A stretch of 63,217 bases of DNA, filler included, from Collodictyon triciliatum (GCA_043381765.1; 12 parts of 11 records of this genome joined end to end with filler, not necessarily neighbours in it), one strand, 5' to 3'. Shown: positions 39,425 through 54,500, counted from the whole stretch's first letter. Numbers and translations are program-made. The notes: generated by a model from the letters alone, not told the origin.

Positions 39425-40286
39425 AGGCTATAACACCATGAAATAAAATTACACCTCATTATTTGTAATCGCCTTGTTAAGATAAGCAAAGTGGCAAACA
39501 TTCGATAACACGCATTCTCTTGCTATGAAATTGTTGCTTGATCTCTTCTTTAATATTCATGACTTTAAAGATCCGTTGGTGTGAAGATGATGATAATCGA
39601 TTTCCCATTTGCATATCGAGAGGCTTGCTATGCATCCAAGACTGTTGAAAAAAAAAAAAAATACACGATCGTAACAGTTTTTAATCTTCGAATTCTGAAA
39701 AGCACACGGACTTTGTTGTTTACTTTTCTTATACGAGAAAACGTATACAACATAGCAGTAAAATACACATTAGTGGGCAGATATAATACCTATTCACAAA
39801 CAATAAAGCGAGGTAGCTAATGAACCAATATATCACTAGTTAGTTAGTTGGCTGGTTAGTTGGTAGGCTAGTTGCATATTAAAATCGCGACTATTTTCTT
39901 TTTTTTTATCGCGGTGTACGAGGTTCATTCAATTTCCTTACTTCTGCCATCTGCTTATTTTGAAGCTGTGTATAATATATTCAATTTTCATTTATACATA
40001 TTTTACACAAGCCCAGGATTGGTATGTGTTGTTCCATTAGTCAAATTGTTTATTGTGTTTTTTTTTTCTCGATTGTTCGGGATGCTTAACACAGTGCAAG
40101 CAAGGTTACCCAACATGCTTGCCTGCCAGTCAAATATTAATGTGTGTTTACAGGCCATATAGCATGGTATCTCATCAAGAGAAAAAGAAATGAAAGGATG
40201 ATAAGAACAGTGAAAACACTACACATAATTAGAAATCAGATAAAGAGGTAATAAAAGGAAGATAGTGATAAATTATACTAACTTGT

Positions 40287-42010
40287 TTATTGTATCTGAT
40301 TGGAAATCCCAGAGAACCCAAAGCAGCCTCTCAACAAGGGTTCCTTTAGGACGCACCGTTCGTACTCTTCGTAGTTAATTTTCTGGTCCATGTCGAAGTC
40401 CATTTTAGATAAAATGAAATCCAAAGCTACCTTGATATCACCACCCTTAAAGACAAGATTTCAACATAAGTACGCTTTTAAGTGTGTGAATATTCAAAAG
40501 AAACACTTCGTGTAAGCTAAGGAATGTGTCACAAATTTATTACCAGGTTGACTAAGAATTGTTACAAACCTGCTCAATCACATTCTGCTCGAGCAGCATA
40601 GCAGCCTCTTTTCGTGAGATGAATGCATCCCCGTTTAAGTCATATTTTATAAATTGTTCTATATTTATATGTATTCAGATTATTTTTTTTTATTGAATTT
40701 ATCAGATAGCTATTAAAATGAATGCTTATTAGGTGATTAAAAGGACTGTTAACATATTTCAACAGATTCAACCGGATTCACATTTAAAAGATAGTGCAAG
40801 AAAGAACCTTTGATCAATTTTTTCAATGCTTCGTCTTCAGATGTCAAGGGAGGCAAAGGTTTTTTCTTTTTTTTCATGGCCATTTGTTGCATCGTTTCTG
40901 GGAATATAGTAACATATATCATAGCTGTTATATATGAATATTTGTGTAGAAGGCCCTCTGAAATATGAAAAAAATTTATAAACCAAAAAATAAATAAATA
41001 GATAACTAGCAAAGCTTATATCGGTGATGAGACTACTTAGAATGAAAGAATAGGCGAATGGTTGAATATGTAAAGGAAGTAGGCAGAGGCTATTAAATAA
41101 ATGCACAAATACCTTGAACTAACGGAATATCAGCATAATTTATCTTCACGTATGATGGCCTTAATCGACCTATAAATAAATAGAATAATGAGAATTTGGG
41201 ATTTACATGATGTAAAGGGCTCTTTTTTTTTTTTTACAGTATGGGTTCCCACAGTTACTTAATAGAGAATCAGACAAAGATTCACCTTTCATAGGTGAAA
41301 TCATTGGAGATTTGTTTTCCATCTTTTCTGGAGAGTCTCTATAGCTATTCTGGTGCGAGTCCATCCTGTGAGACCGCGATAAATCAGGTAATGAAACGGA
41401 TTGACCTTGATAACAGAAAATAATGTTATAATGGTATACACTTTATGCAAATATTTGAGTTTTTTTTAATTTAAATAGTATTATTAAGTTGCATTATCTT
41501 GAACACTGTGAAAGTGTGTACCCCTTGATTTATAACTATGTTCAGGGGGTCGTGAAGCCTTTATGGAAGAAATATGTATTAGCAGAGAGGAATATTGGTG
41601 AAGTAAAAAGCCATAAAGTATTGCAACAATATATTTAGAAATATATACAAATTATTTTCATATAATATGAAACATATAAGATAAAATTTTCAAATGAATG
41701 GCTATGACAATCAAAATGTATATAGTTCAAACATCACTGGCTTCAAAGGGAAAAATCAATATTATTCTGAACTATTCAAAATTGTGGCATAACTATTTTT
41801 TTCCATGATAATTATCACATCCGTCATTATTATTTCAGAACTTGTTTTTTTTTTAAAAAAAAAATTCATATTTATATCATGATAAATTTACAGATGATCT
41901 CCCGCGAACGAAAGATTTATGTGCAGGCTCTCTGGGTGACAGCATTGGCTTGCCCATCATCCTCGATGGAGACATAAAGTCATAGAGCCCATCCCCATGA
42001 TCAATCTGGC
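40287..42010 (-). CDS. EF-hand calcium-binding protein (calcineurin-B/NCS-like C-terminal pair), probably 5'-truncated
   Basis: FIKYDLNGDAFISRKE and MDFDMDQKINYEEY EF-hand loops in the last exons; stop TAA at 40287-40289. Upstream exon boundaries are less certain. Confidence 0.75.
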
Positions 42011-42062
42011 CGTGTAAATTGAAAATATGCAATTATTAGAACCAGGCCAATAATAAAAACTT

Positions 42063-42158
<96 letters not shown>

Positions 42159-42454
42159 ACTTTGAATTGAATACGTGAGAGATAAACGCGAGCTAGATCT
42201 AAAANNNNNNNNNNNNNNNNNNNNNNNNNNNNNNNNNNNNNNNNNNNNTTAATTAATTAANNNNNNNNNNNNNNNNNNNNNNNNNNNNNNNNNNNNNNNN
42301 NNNNATTGTTATGGGACACAGATGAAGGCAAAGCGGATGGGAGAGCATAAATTCCAGATTCTGCGACAGGGTTGAGCGAGTTGCCAATCAATCAATCAAT
42401 CAATGACGCTTTTTTTTTTTATTATATTTTGATCTCGGTGGGATGTGCTTCGTT

Positions 42455-45400
42455 TTAATGAAGGAGCCAGCGTAGGAGACCAGGGGGATTGTTAGCTGAT
42501 GCTCTGTTCTGGTTTGGTTGTCTCGTGTTTTGTTGATTGTGGTTAGATGAAATGCCATTGAAAAGATCGACATGCTCTTGGGAGATGGGAAATTGGCTGA
42601 TTAGAGCTGCCGAGGGATATCCCTGGTGATATCGGAGGTACTGTTGTGGGCCGAAGAATGTAACTCCAGGATAAATGCGGGTATCGGTGGCTTTGATTCT
42701 CCCACTCACAAAAGGCAGAATAATATCGCCAACACAAAACCAGTACCTCATTGTGCTGTAGTCAAAAACAAAACCAAAGGAACATGGCACCGCTCCAATT
42801 AGCTTCGTCAGATTTGCATCTACACTTCGAACTGTGGACCTGAAAAAAGTTAAAGGATAGTTTATAGCCAAATGAAAGAGTATTCGCCAGTTATAGGAGA
42901 GGAGCGCTGATATGTGGATGGTTCACGGGGCAAAACTCATGTGGCGCAAATAAAAACGCAAAAAAAAAAAAAAATGCAAATTAAAACGCAAATTAAAATG
43001 CAAATTAAAATGCAAAAAAAAAATGCAAATTAAAACGCAAATAAAAATGCAAATTAGAATGCAAATTAAAATGAAAAAATCGAAAGAAAAATAATAGGAG
43101 AAAAGAAGGAGGACTCTGTTTTCCATAATGATGTACCTGCAATCATTTTCGGTCAGATATGCTTTTCGTTTTCTCAAATCTACAACCATCCGCACACTGT
43201 CCTCTGTTTCTCCAAGAATGTGATTGCCTACTGCGCGGTTGTATGAAAATCCAAAAACTAAAATACCCTCTTTCCCTGGGTGGATTACCTCAAATTCAAA
43301 GAAATCAAACAGGAAGCCATCTCTTTTGTAAAATGGCTCAGTCCTTTGCCATGTGTAGAAATCAGGAGATTCGATGTATGAACAAAGAAAGAAAGGAAAG
43401 CTGACGACAAAAACTTTGGGATGAGATGACTGCGCAATCGTTGGACAATTTGCATACATGTGATGGCCTTTCTCATTTGGCGGACTCTTTAGGATGCGGA
43501 GAAAGAACGTTGCACAGGGACACATTATTCGAACGGCTGGTGTTAGCTGTAGATGTGGTATGAGGGATATCGAGACTGTAGTAGCTTGGGTTGGACTTGC
43601 AATTGTTAAACGGTTACTGTTGTAGTTCAAATGAAGAGTAAGTAGAGATTGAGGAGAGTTTTTGTAATCTGCTATGATGCCAATTGATTTACCATCAAAA
43701 AATATGTGTCCAGTTTTTGTATCAAATCCAAAAGAGTTGCGCCCAACACCCGGCACGATGTCTGGTTGTGAGTCGTATGGCACTAGGCCAATAATTGCAT
43801 GTCCATTCGAGACGTTGAAATAAAGGAATTCGTGGCCTGAAAACCCTGACCATGATACGTCGGAAAGGATGGTAAATTGTGGGATTCTTGTCGTTCCGCA
43901 AAGAATGTCGACGTAATCATGTGCCGAATCAACTAACAAATGAACGCCATCTATCACCGTGGGAGATAGAGCAGTGACTGGGGTAGCTGTGTTCGATGAG
44001 AAAGGTCACGTTAAATGCAAGTAACTTCTTTATTATTGATAAATATACCGAATGATAAGAAATAACGAGCATCACCATCTGCATGAAGAAATTGATTTGA
44101 ATGGTAGAATAAATCGATACACGCACCAGTAATAGCAACCGGTATCGGATTCGCTTGGCCATTTTCAACCTATGTATTTATAAAGAGGTAAACATTTTGA
44201 TAGTGACAACGACCATAATTTTTTTTAAACTGGCATGTGCACTGCGTATTTTATAGAAAAAGTGAAATAATTCACCGAAGCATTCTTTTTAAATGGAAAA
44301 AGATTTGCCTTTTCTTCCTCCTGGGTAACGTTGTATTTTATGTAAAGTAGCTCAAATGGATATACCATCACAAATAAAGCAAACCACACACAAAAGCTGA
44401 TTCCCCATATCAGTATGAGAATAACATATAGTAATAGCAATATAGCTTGCTCAGCAATCTTAAGACCTTGAGCCGATACCAGGTGGACAGCAAATAAAAA
44501 AGGTGCAGCGAAAATCAGAATGACTGTGGAAATAAGCCAGTGTATGGACAGAGCAAAAAAGTCAACAGCAAAGTAAATCACACCTCCTTTAGTTTTCAAT
44601 GGAGTGGACCACACAGAAAGCAGATTTGGCGTGGGAATGTATGTGACATACCAAGTCATAAAGTTTGAAGGCGTAATCAACTTCGACCAAAACGCTAACC
44701 TCTGGAGCCACGCTTCTCTCAGTAGCCATATAATAGGGAATAAGGCGTTGAGCGGGGGAGGGAGGGATACATTTTTCAGGGTAAAAACTGTTTCACAAAA
44801 GAGCATGTTGTATTGCTTCGACGACTCAGATTGCACGCTTTCGTAAGTGCCGCTCAGGATTGCAATTAGAAAATTCAGTAAAATAATCATTGTGATTAGA
44901 GAGAAGATATATGAATCTACTCTTCCCAGTATTTGTTGAACTTCAACAAACCCATTTGCATCAAATCCTCCAAAAATTGAGCTCATGGTTACATACAATG
45001 AATTCGAGTATAGGCTGTAGTCCGCCAAACGCTGCCCATAAATTGTGTAAAAATAGCTACAAAAAGCAACCAAAAATGCCAACAAAAAAATAAAGAAGCG
45101 AATAATATCACGGAACATGCTTTGTACTATGAATTGCATCGGACCTAAATTCGGGTCGATATTTGTGTAGAACAAAAGCCTGATGAAACTCAGCAGAACA
45201 ATCCACCCAACTAAAACCTTTTCAACAGACCAAAAATACGAAATGTCGAAATAGTTTTGCGTTTGGTCAATCCAGCCACTGGAAGAGCTACTAGATTGAC
45301 TAACAAGCAGGCTAAGTTCCGTTTCTACATAAGCCGTAACAGAAAATAGTACAAGTATCAGCATATCATAGAAAAACCAGGAATCATAAATGTCATTTCT

Positions 45401-47463
45401 CATGGTTAAGTGAAGTCGCTGGATTTGGTAAAGGAATAGAGATATTGCCCACACCAGCAAAACCAAATGGTAGCCAGCAGTTTTGATAGAGTCCTTGACA
45501 ATCCACTCTCTTGGTATTGACTCGACTGATACCCAAACATTGCACAAACCCGTGGGTAACACTTCTATATTGATTACTCCAATGGATAAGCATCCTATGT
45601 TGTCAAATGACACGACAAACTCGATGGCAACATATCTAGTCAGGTGGTCGATCCAGTAGTCATCCTTAAGTTCTTGCACTTTTTCTCGCATGAGCGATTT
45701 ATTTGACAGCTTAACAAACTCAACAAACCCGTCGCACTCGTACCAAAAGTTGGCCGGAGACACGGATGATAATCGATTTCTTGAACACAAATCTTTGAAT
45801 CGGAATTTTCCCTGGGGTCCAAACGGACTTTTGTCTTTGTGCTTGGTTATGTAAGGTGGAGAGCATTGTGGGAACTGAGATGGTGCGGGGTCAGTGCCAA
45901 TCGCATAAATATCTTGGCCACATCTCGTCTCTTGTACTCTCAACTGCCGCAAGCGCAAGCCCAAAATCGGTCGGTAAAAGGAATGAGAGATATTTTTTGA
46001 ATCTGAAGGAATGACACTCCAAAAACTGGCTGTATTATCAGCGTAGTTTTCGATTAAATCATCCTCGATGTAAGGCCAAATATGACCAACGTCGGATATA
46101 CCTGACGTATCGATTTTTTTCTCCAACGCACTTGATGCCGTGAATGCACTCACGTCCCCCGTTGTATTTTTATCTATGACGTATAGCAACAGGAGTGTCA
46201 AGAATAAAAGGTACAGAAAGAGTGACATAAAATATTTTGCTCGGATCGACCTGCAAAATCTTGGAATTATGTAAGCGTAATAAGCCAGTGCCCAGAACCA
46301 CGCCCAACTGAAAAATGAAGCATATGAATCTAATTTGGGCGGCACGGTTCTTGAATAATCCAAGTAATCCTTCGTACTTGCTTGATTACCCCACAATTTA
46401 TGTATGTAATCGTTTACGGCTGGCATCTCCAGGATAAGGAAGGCGCTATGTTGTATGCTGAGTTTTATGATCTCATCCAACTGCTCTTCGCCAAGATGGC
46501 TCAAACTGCTTATAAGGTTGCTCGCATGAATTTCGAAGGAGTCTCGCAAGGATGGAATAACCTTGGGTACACTGGAGAAGATGCCAAACAGTCTTAATGA
46601 ACGAATAAGCTGGTTCCGCTCCTTTATAAAAAGGGCACTAATTTCATCTGCCACAGTAACACTAATGTCATCGTTTCCAACTAAAACGATGGTGCACAAG
46701 GGGAGGCTGCATAATTCCACCGGAAAAGAATTCTCTGCAGTGTTGAGTGCATTTTAAGGCTGGTGAAATGAAAGCATGTTCTTCAAATGTATGAATATCT
46801 CTCTGGAGGCATAATAGATTCAATCAAACCTTGTGCTTTGATGTTGATATTTGAAGAATCAAGATTATCAAACATTTCCTTTTGAATTTGACAGTTGTCT
46901 TTTGGTAAGATATTGAGAGATGCGTCGTTAATCGTGTCATTCCTCTTGCTCCTTGATTTTCCATCACAAAGGCTGTTTTCTTGCAAAGCTAAGATATTGT
47001 AGCTAAAGTCAATTCGGTGAATACTTTGTAGACACCCAACATCGCTTGGAATAGATAGCAAATAATTGTGGGACATATCCAATGATTCGAGCAAAGCAAG
47101 CTGGCTTAGTCCTGGTGGAATCGACGATAAACCGCAATTCTTTATTGCCAGATCCCGGAGTTGAGTGAGCTCAAAAATAATCGATGGAAAGGCAAGACAG
47201 TGAGCCTGCTCGATGGAAAGCTTTGTCAAACCAGTCATCAGAGTCATCGAGGATGGTAGTGATACGCTGCTCTGGCCTCTGGAAAGCGCAAATGAAATAA
47301 AGAGTTCTTTCACATTGGTAAGCAGGCTGATCTCTTCTGGTATTACAGTTTGATCGATATGGTCGAGAACCAATCGCGTCATTTGCAGGAGCTGTGGGAC
47401 TGTGCATCCTTTCATATCAGCCAGGACATCCAGCGGATTCGTCGCCGTGCTGATAAACTGCAT
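42455..47463 (-). CDS. LRR - TRP/polycystin cation channel - SPRY - SPRY fusion protein
   Basis: LRR exon (47463-46830) splices in frame via a GT-AG intron (46829-46735) to the channel exon (46734-44276: LRLRQLRV..C, WIDHLTRYVAIEF, LGPMQ, SIFGGFD, IILLNFLIAILSGTY, LPPPLN). Further in-frame exons lead into two SPRY-like domains; stop at 42455. Confidence 0.88.
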
Positions 47464-47809
47464 GTCGCCTTTGCCCAACGGTGGCACCCTCTTTCTTTGG
47501 ATGAGTTCTTAACCTTTCTTTTCTTTTTCGCCTTTTTTTTTGGTCTTTTTGTCCGCGGCGATCTATTGTGTTGATTGTTTGTTCATTCACAAATGTAATG
47601 GTTTCAGTAGTGGTAACGCACTAAATGATGGGGCTGGTTTATTCAGAGTGTGTAGCCTTTGTACTTTCCCATTAAAAGAAAAGAACCTGATTCGCGTCAC
47701 CGATTCGTTTGCAGCTTTAGTTGGCCTTTGCGATGGGAGGTGGCCTCTTCTTTCAGACTTCGTCCTGTTATTTTTTTTTTTTTTCGTTTTTTCGTTTCTT
47801 CGTTTCTTC

Positions 47810-47906
<97 letters not shown>

Positions 47907-48501
47907 TTTTATTTTGTTTTATTTTGTTTTTTTGTTTGTTTTGTTGTTTTGTTTGCATAATCCCATAAGCTGCCATAGGCCACTCTTCCGTTGACATACA
48001 TCTAATTCTGGAAATTAAATAGTATTTGCCTTGGCAGAATTGTTTTTCTACAAAAAATCTACATGATGACTTATTATTGTAATATATAATCAAAAAATTA
48101 TAGTGTTTACACTTGCTGCACAATGAAGGTAATATCCCGATAGGATATAAATTCCAGCCACTCGCCACGCCCTTTGTGCATCGACCGAACTGTCATCATC
48201 AAAGGCATCGTTTTCATCTCATAAGTGACACCAGATTTATGCAAGGGATCCTTTCCAACGCAAGAAGCAAAAAACAAAACAAAAAACAAAAAAACAAAAA
48301 AAACAAAAAAACAAAAAACAAAAAACAAAACAAAAAACAAAACAAAAAACAAAACAAAAAACAAAACAAAAAACAAAACAAAAAACAAAACAAAAAACAA
48401 ANNNNNNNNNNNNNNNNNNNNNNNNNNNNNNNNNNNNNNNNNNNNTTAATTAATTAANNNNNNNNNNNNNNNNNNNNNNNNNNNNNNNNNNNNNNNNNNN
48501 N

Positions 48502-51500
48502 CATCATCCATCATCCACTTCGGCAACGTCTTCATGATTGGCGGAGGAATAAGGAGATTTTCCAAGAGAACCTCATCCATTTATACTCTTTCACTAAGTG
48601 AGATTTCATTTTAGTAAATTTTGACAACATATTGAAAAAAGTATTGAAACAACTCCCTGATTCAAATAGATGATTTTTGGTGCCGTGGATACGAAATTAT
48701 CGACAGCAGTATTGGATTCATTACAGATGGGAGTGGAGACTTTCAGTATTTTCCAGGGACAAATTGCGAATGGGATATTCAGAATACAAACTTTATGATT
48801 GTAATATTATCTCGTATTCAACATGTTGTCGATGAAATTTTAAACTGGGTTTCTATTTATATAAGGTGACCCAAGTAGATTTGACCGAAGGAGTATTATT
48901 GTCATTGGAATCACACAATGAGTGTGACATGGATATGATTTTGAACACTAAATATATTAGAAATGTAGGGCTGCAATATTTACACTCGATTTATTGAATA
49001 AGCAATTTTGTTAAATCACTTTCAAACCATAGATACACCTGCAACATGTAGATTATGGAACCCTCATTAAAATACCATCGGCTCAGTCTCGTTTGACATT
49101 CAAAGTTCCGTCCAGCGCATCAGCAAATCAGGGATTCCAGATTAAGTTATTGTGTACGTTCAAATTATATATGTTATAAAAAATTGAAATCTCGTGAATG
49201 GATGTCTTATCTTACACTCTCACTAGCATGCAACAAAGGATTTAGCGCAAACATAGAAGGTTGCTTTTGTGAGAAAGAAAATTACATAAACTTTCGAGGT
49301 GATTGTATCCCATGCCCTTCAGGAACGTACCAACCAAAGATGAACCAAGTAATGAAATAAATTTTAGTCCTAATATTTCACATTTATACATACTTTTAGC
49401 CTAATTAAAATTCTTTATTTGTTAAACCAGACATCTTGCATCGATGAGGCTGTAACCTCAAATATCAAGAAAGGTAATAACTGAGAGGTGATTAATATGT
49501 TCATCTCTATTGTAGGTATTTATTCGAAAATATTCATATATACGGCAGGTAAATACGAAGTGAGGCAAACCCAGTCGATCGATATGAGTATTGAGATACC
49601 TCCGACAGTTTTTGGTCAGATGGTTTCAATTAACGAAACGTTTTACCTTATTGGTGGGAGCACATCGGCAGATACTAGTGCCTTCGAGCATTACCACGCT
49701 ATGGACACGGTTTTTTCGACAAATAGACTTGGTAGTAGTTCAGTTCATGTATTTATTAACTTTTCATGCTTCGATTAATAATATGTCTTATTTTTTACGC
49801 TGCAGTCGAATCGAAATGGATTCAAAACGAATTTCATGGGGATGTACCGCATGGTCGAGTCCACTTTTGTGCAGCAGGGATGGATTCATATGCAGTCCTG
49901 TTTGGCGGTGAAATGAGCGCAAACGATGACTTTGTGTACTTTTTATTCCCTGATACAAAAAAGTGGGAAAGAATGAATCGTGCTCCTGAGAATCGAATCG
50001 GAGCTGCATGTGCAAGAGATAGAAATAAAGTTTACGTATATGGAGGAAAAAGTGTATGCATTTTTATGAAAATAATGAACTATTCTATCTTAATTTTTAT
50101 AAAAATGATATGGTAAATTCCTGATCCACTTAAATCAACTTAGAAAAATGGATTTGTCGAAAATTCAATGTTTTCTTATACCCCAGGTTCACTTAAATTA
50201 CATAATATGAATAAATTCCATAGATTACATTACATGTATGCTAATGAAAATATTTTCTCCAGAAAATGATTCATGGGATAAGCTTTATATCGAAGGAAGA
50301 GCACCTCCCCTTTCATTCAGTGTCATGGTCATTTACAAAGATATACTGATTGTATTTGGTGGATTTGATGGCGTATCAGAAAATAGTCACTTTTACCTTT
50401 TTAGCCAAGGTCACATCTCTATTTGATTAAAAAATATTGCCCTAATTATTTACACCATCATATATTCTAATATTTATACCATAGGAAAGGAAGATACATT
50501 TTATGTGAACAATACCATCGCATCCCTGAATGAATGTATTGTTTGCAATGAAGAGGGAGGCTTGTGTGATTTTTCTCGTCAAATATTCTCGCATGGAGTT
50601 TTTGGAAATGAAATTCAAATTTTCGGAGGTTTTAGGTAGGGAGAGGCTCTCGAAGATATCACTGTAATAAATCTAGGTAAACAACACAGCAGTTTATTGA
50701 ATCGAAAACCAAAATTGTTTTACTGTAATTAAATTTTTAATCGATTATTTTTTTGGTATTTTTAGATACCTTTCAAGTAGAGTTCCGCGAAAATTATGGA
50801 CTAGAGAACCCAAAATTACCATTAGCTTATCCGCCACCAAAATATGGTGCAGCTTTTGCTATGCAGAATTCTTCTCTGATGATTGTTGGAGGTGCAAGCT
50901 CAAGCAATATTGTTGGGAATGACAGATGGACATGGGATGCTGGTGATTTTGAAATGGATATACGCACAATAATCGATAGCTAGTATTATCTCATTATGGT
51001 AATCTTTATTAACACGCTCATGAAGGACTCCGAACATGGTCGGATACATCCATCAGAATGTCACCTGTGCATCGAAGTGACTCATCAGCAGTAAAGTTAG
51101 GTGAAGATACTTTCCTAATTTTCGGAGGTGCTACCGAATATCTGGAGGAACTATTGCTGAACGACATATGGCAATACAACATAGGTCGTAATGAAACTTT
51201 TTTTATGAAGAAATTAAAATTTTGGTATTTTGCTGCGTATTTGCATCAATTTAACGGAATGAAATTCTTAGTGGACCGAAAATGGGATTGCCTGTTTGCT
51301 GAATCCGATAATAATGGTCCTCCTCCGAGAGCTGGCGCTGTGATATCAGTACATAATTCAAAGCTGTACGTCTATGGGGGCAAAACAGATGTTTTAATTT
51401 TTGATGAAAACATTTGGTTGTTCAGCATTAGTAAGTGAACTGTAATGCCAAGTTGATTTCTTTTCACAAAATTATCACATATTCAAACTAAATGGCGTAA

Positions 51501-54500
51501 TTTTTGGAAAGATTCTCGCATATGGGAAAAAATCACGTTCAAAAATAGCTTATCGACATACCAGAGGCCTCTCAATCGTATCGGAATGGGATTTGCACAT
51601 ATGGGTAATCAAACATGGATGTGGGGTGGAGAGGTATTCTGTTTTCCATTATCCCAGTATATCTTGAAAAAATGATTGTGTAATAGCTTCTAAAATTATA
51701 ATTTTCATATCAGATTGTGGAGGGAACGAAAAAGAAAGAGTTCTACTCTGCCGTCCTGTATTTTGACCATCAAGACAAAGAATTATTACCCTCAAGAATT
51801 CTCGGAACTATTCCAGTAACGCAAAATATATCTTGTATCTAACCATAATAAATAATAACCAAAATTAAACAAAAAGAAACCTTTATTTTCCTAACAGACC
51901 CGGAGACAACACCATTCAATGTGCCAAATGGATGATGAAACCATTCTTATGCAAGGAGGATTTGATTTTTCAGGAAAGGAGTTGAGCGATATGTGGAAAT
52001 ATAACAAAAGTATATTTTCTTTTAAAGATATCAACATAATTTACCAGAAAATCTAAACATACATTTTGATTAAAGGTTCACAAGAATGGATGACTTTTGA
52101 ACTCTCAAAAAACACAACTGTCATTCCTTTGTCACATCACACATGTACTTCATTTGGAGACTATACCATTTTAAGTGGATTCAGTTCGACTTTAGGCACC
52201 AGCAAATCAATTATGGTTCAGAGAGGTCATTATCATAGATTAAATAAAATTCTGATATTCGTGTATTTGTATGAGCCTAATACTAATTATTCAACAATGA
52301 ACCAAAGATTTTCAGGTGCAGTCTCTTCTATTCCACTCAAATGAGGTCAAAGGATACGCATCTATGACAAAAAATAATGTTTTACGATTTGGAGACCTTT
52401 TGGTATACTTTGGAGGGAGAAATGCGCACTCTAGAACCAACCAAGTTATTTCATATTTGCCAGGTAATAATTGTAAAGAAAATTAAGAAATTTATTACAG
52501 CTCAAATTTATGATGCCGAAATATAGGGTTCTGTTCGTCCAACTCAGCCACTGAAATCGACAGTAAATTTGAACCATCCGTTTTTGATGATGGAAGTGGT
52601 GATGGGATGTATTTGGAAAATTCAAACTGTACATGGATTCTTCCAAAAGCCACCCATATTATTGTGGAAAAACGCATTCGAGATGAAGACAGGTTTTTTA
52701 TATTAAACTATACATGATTAATTAAGAATTACATTATTTATGATGCAAAATTATTAAAAATTTATCAGATTGGATATCTACGACCTAAAAACCGGCTCAA
52801 AGTACAAAGATGAAGACTTTACAAATAATAAATTCGTTCTATCGTCCAAAACTGGATTTTTGATTCGATTCTCATCATTTGAAACTAACCCGGCAAGTAA
52901 AAACAAGCCGTGCAAGGGATGTGAAGGATTCAGCATCACGCATACGAGTAATGAGCCTGGATTTGATTGCGTCATTTGACTATGGCGTTTTTCATCTATA
53001 TTTTGATGGCTCTTTTTTATATGATAGATTGCCCCCTGAATGGTTATCTTGACTTTGATAGTAAGACATGCTTATGTGCCGATGGATATAAACTTATTCA
53101 GGTTTTTTTCAAATACACCAGATAAAACAAATTGAATCGAAATAAATTCTATATTAACCATATGATTTTTGAGAATTGTAACAGAGTCGATTTTTTTACA
53201 GGGCGAATGCACCAAAGGTAAAAATAAAATAAAATGCAATTTCGTTATTCAACAAGGCTTTCATAACTTATTTTATTGAATATATTTACCTGCCGATATC
53301 GAAGACAATCCTGGCTCGGATTATATACCTATCATCGGCGGTGTCTTGGGTGGCGTTTTATTCGTTGGCTGCATTGCAGGATATATCTATCGAAAGAAAA
53401 TGGTAGAGAAGATGAAAGGAGCAGAAAGTAAGCTTTATGGATTCATCAATCCAAGGGAACTTCAGTATGGCAGGCTGCTTGGCTCAGGGAGCTTCGGAGA
53501 TGTGAGTTAAAACCTCAATTAACCATGAGAATTTATGATCAAACAAAAATAATCACAGAATTTCAAATATAGGTCTACTGCGGTGAGTGGCGAGGAACTG
53601 AAGTGGCAATAAAAAACTTGCTCCAGAAAAAAATTACGACGCACCAAATAGAGGCATTTAAAAGAGAAATATCCCTTATGGTGTAAGTATTTCACTGTAT
53701 GCAAGTTTTTAATCGCTATTTAAATCTATAAATTGCTTTAATATCCAGTGAGATGAGGCATCCAAATATCGTACTTTACATGGGAGCATGTTTCGAGAAA
53801 GAACACCTATGTCTTGTGTGCGAGCTGATGCAACAAGGAAGCTTATATGATGTCTTGCATTCCGAAAAATCAATTCCATTCGTACAAAGGCTACATTTTA
53901 TGTCTGATATTGCCAAGGGTATTTTATTCTTGTTCATTTAGTATTTTAACCACGTATTATTTTTATGATTTGAGTCCATTTAAAAACCATAATGCTAGGA
54001 ATGAAATATTTGCACATGTCAAACCCTCCTATCATTCATCGAGACTTGAAAAGCCTAAACATACTTGTAAGCCTCATATTCAGCTATTTGGAATTTATTT
54101 TCTCATTACTTTTTTCTTAAATCACAAAGGATCACTATAAATTCAATATTTACTAGGTTGATGATAGGAGCAAACTCAAAGTCAGGTAAAAATAATGATA
54201 ATGACAGGGCAGGAATAATTTGCAATTGAAACCTATGATAAAAAAAATTATTCCGAATCCAATTAAATTTGCTTTGTAAAAACAGCGACTTTGGCCTCAC
54301 AACAATCCAAGGCTCAAAAAAAATGCACGAGAACATGGGAAGTCTCTTATGGCTTGCTCCAGAAGTTCTCGGAGGTGCAGAATACACAACTAGATCTGAT
54401 GTGTTTAGCTTTGGAGTCATTGTATGGGAAATAATTGCAAGAAAGGACCCCTATTTTGACCTAGAAAGTACCGCTGTTGTAACAAACCTAGTTTTGAATG

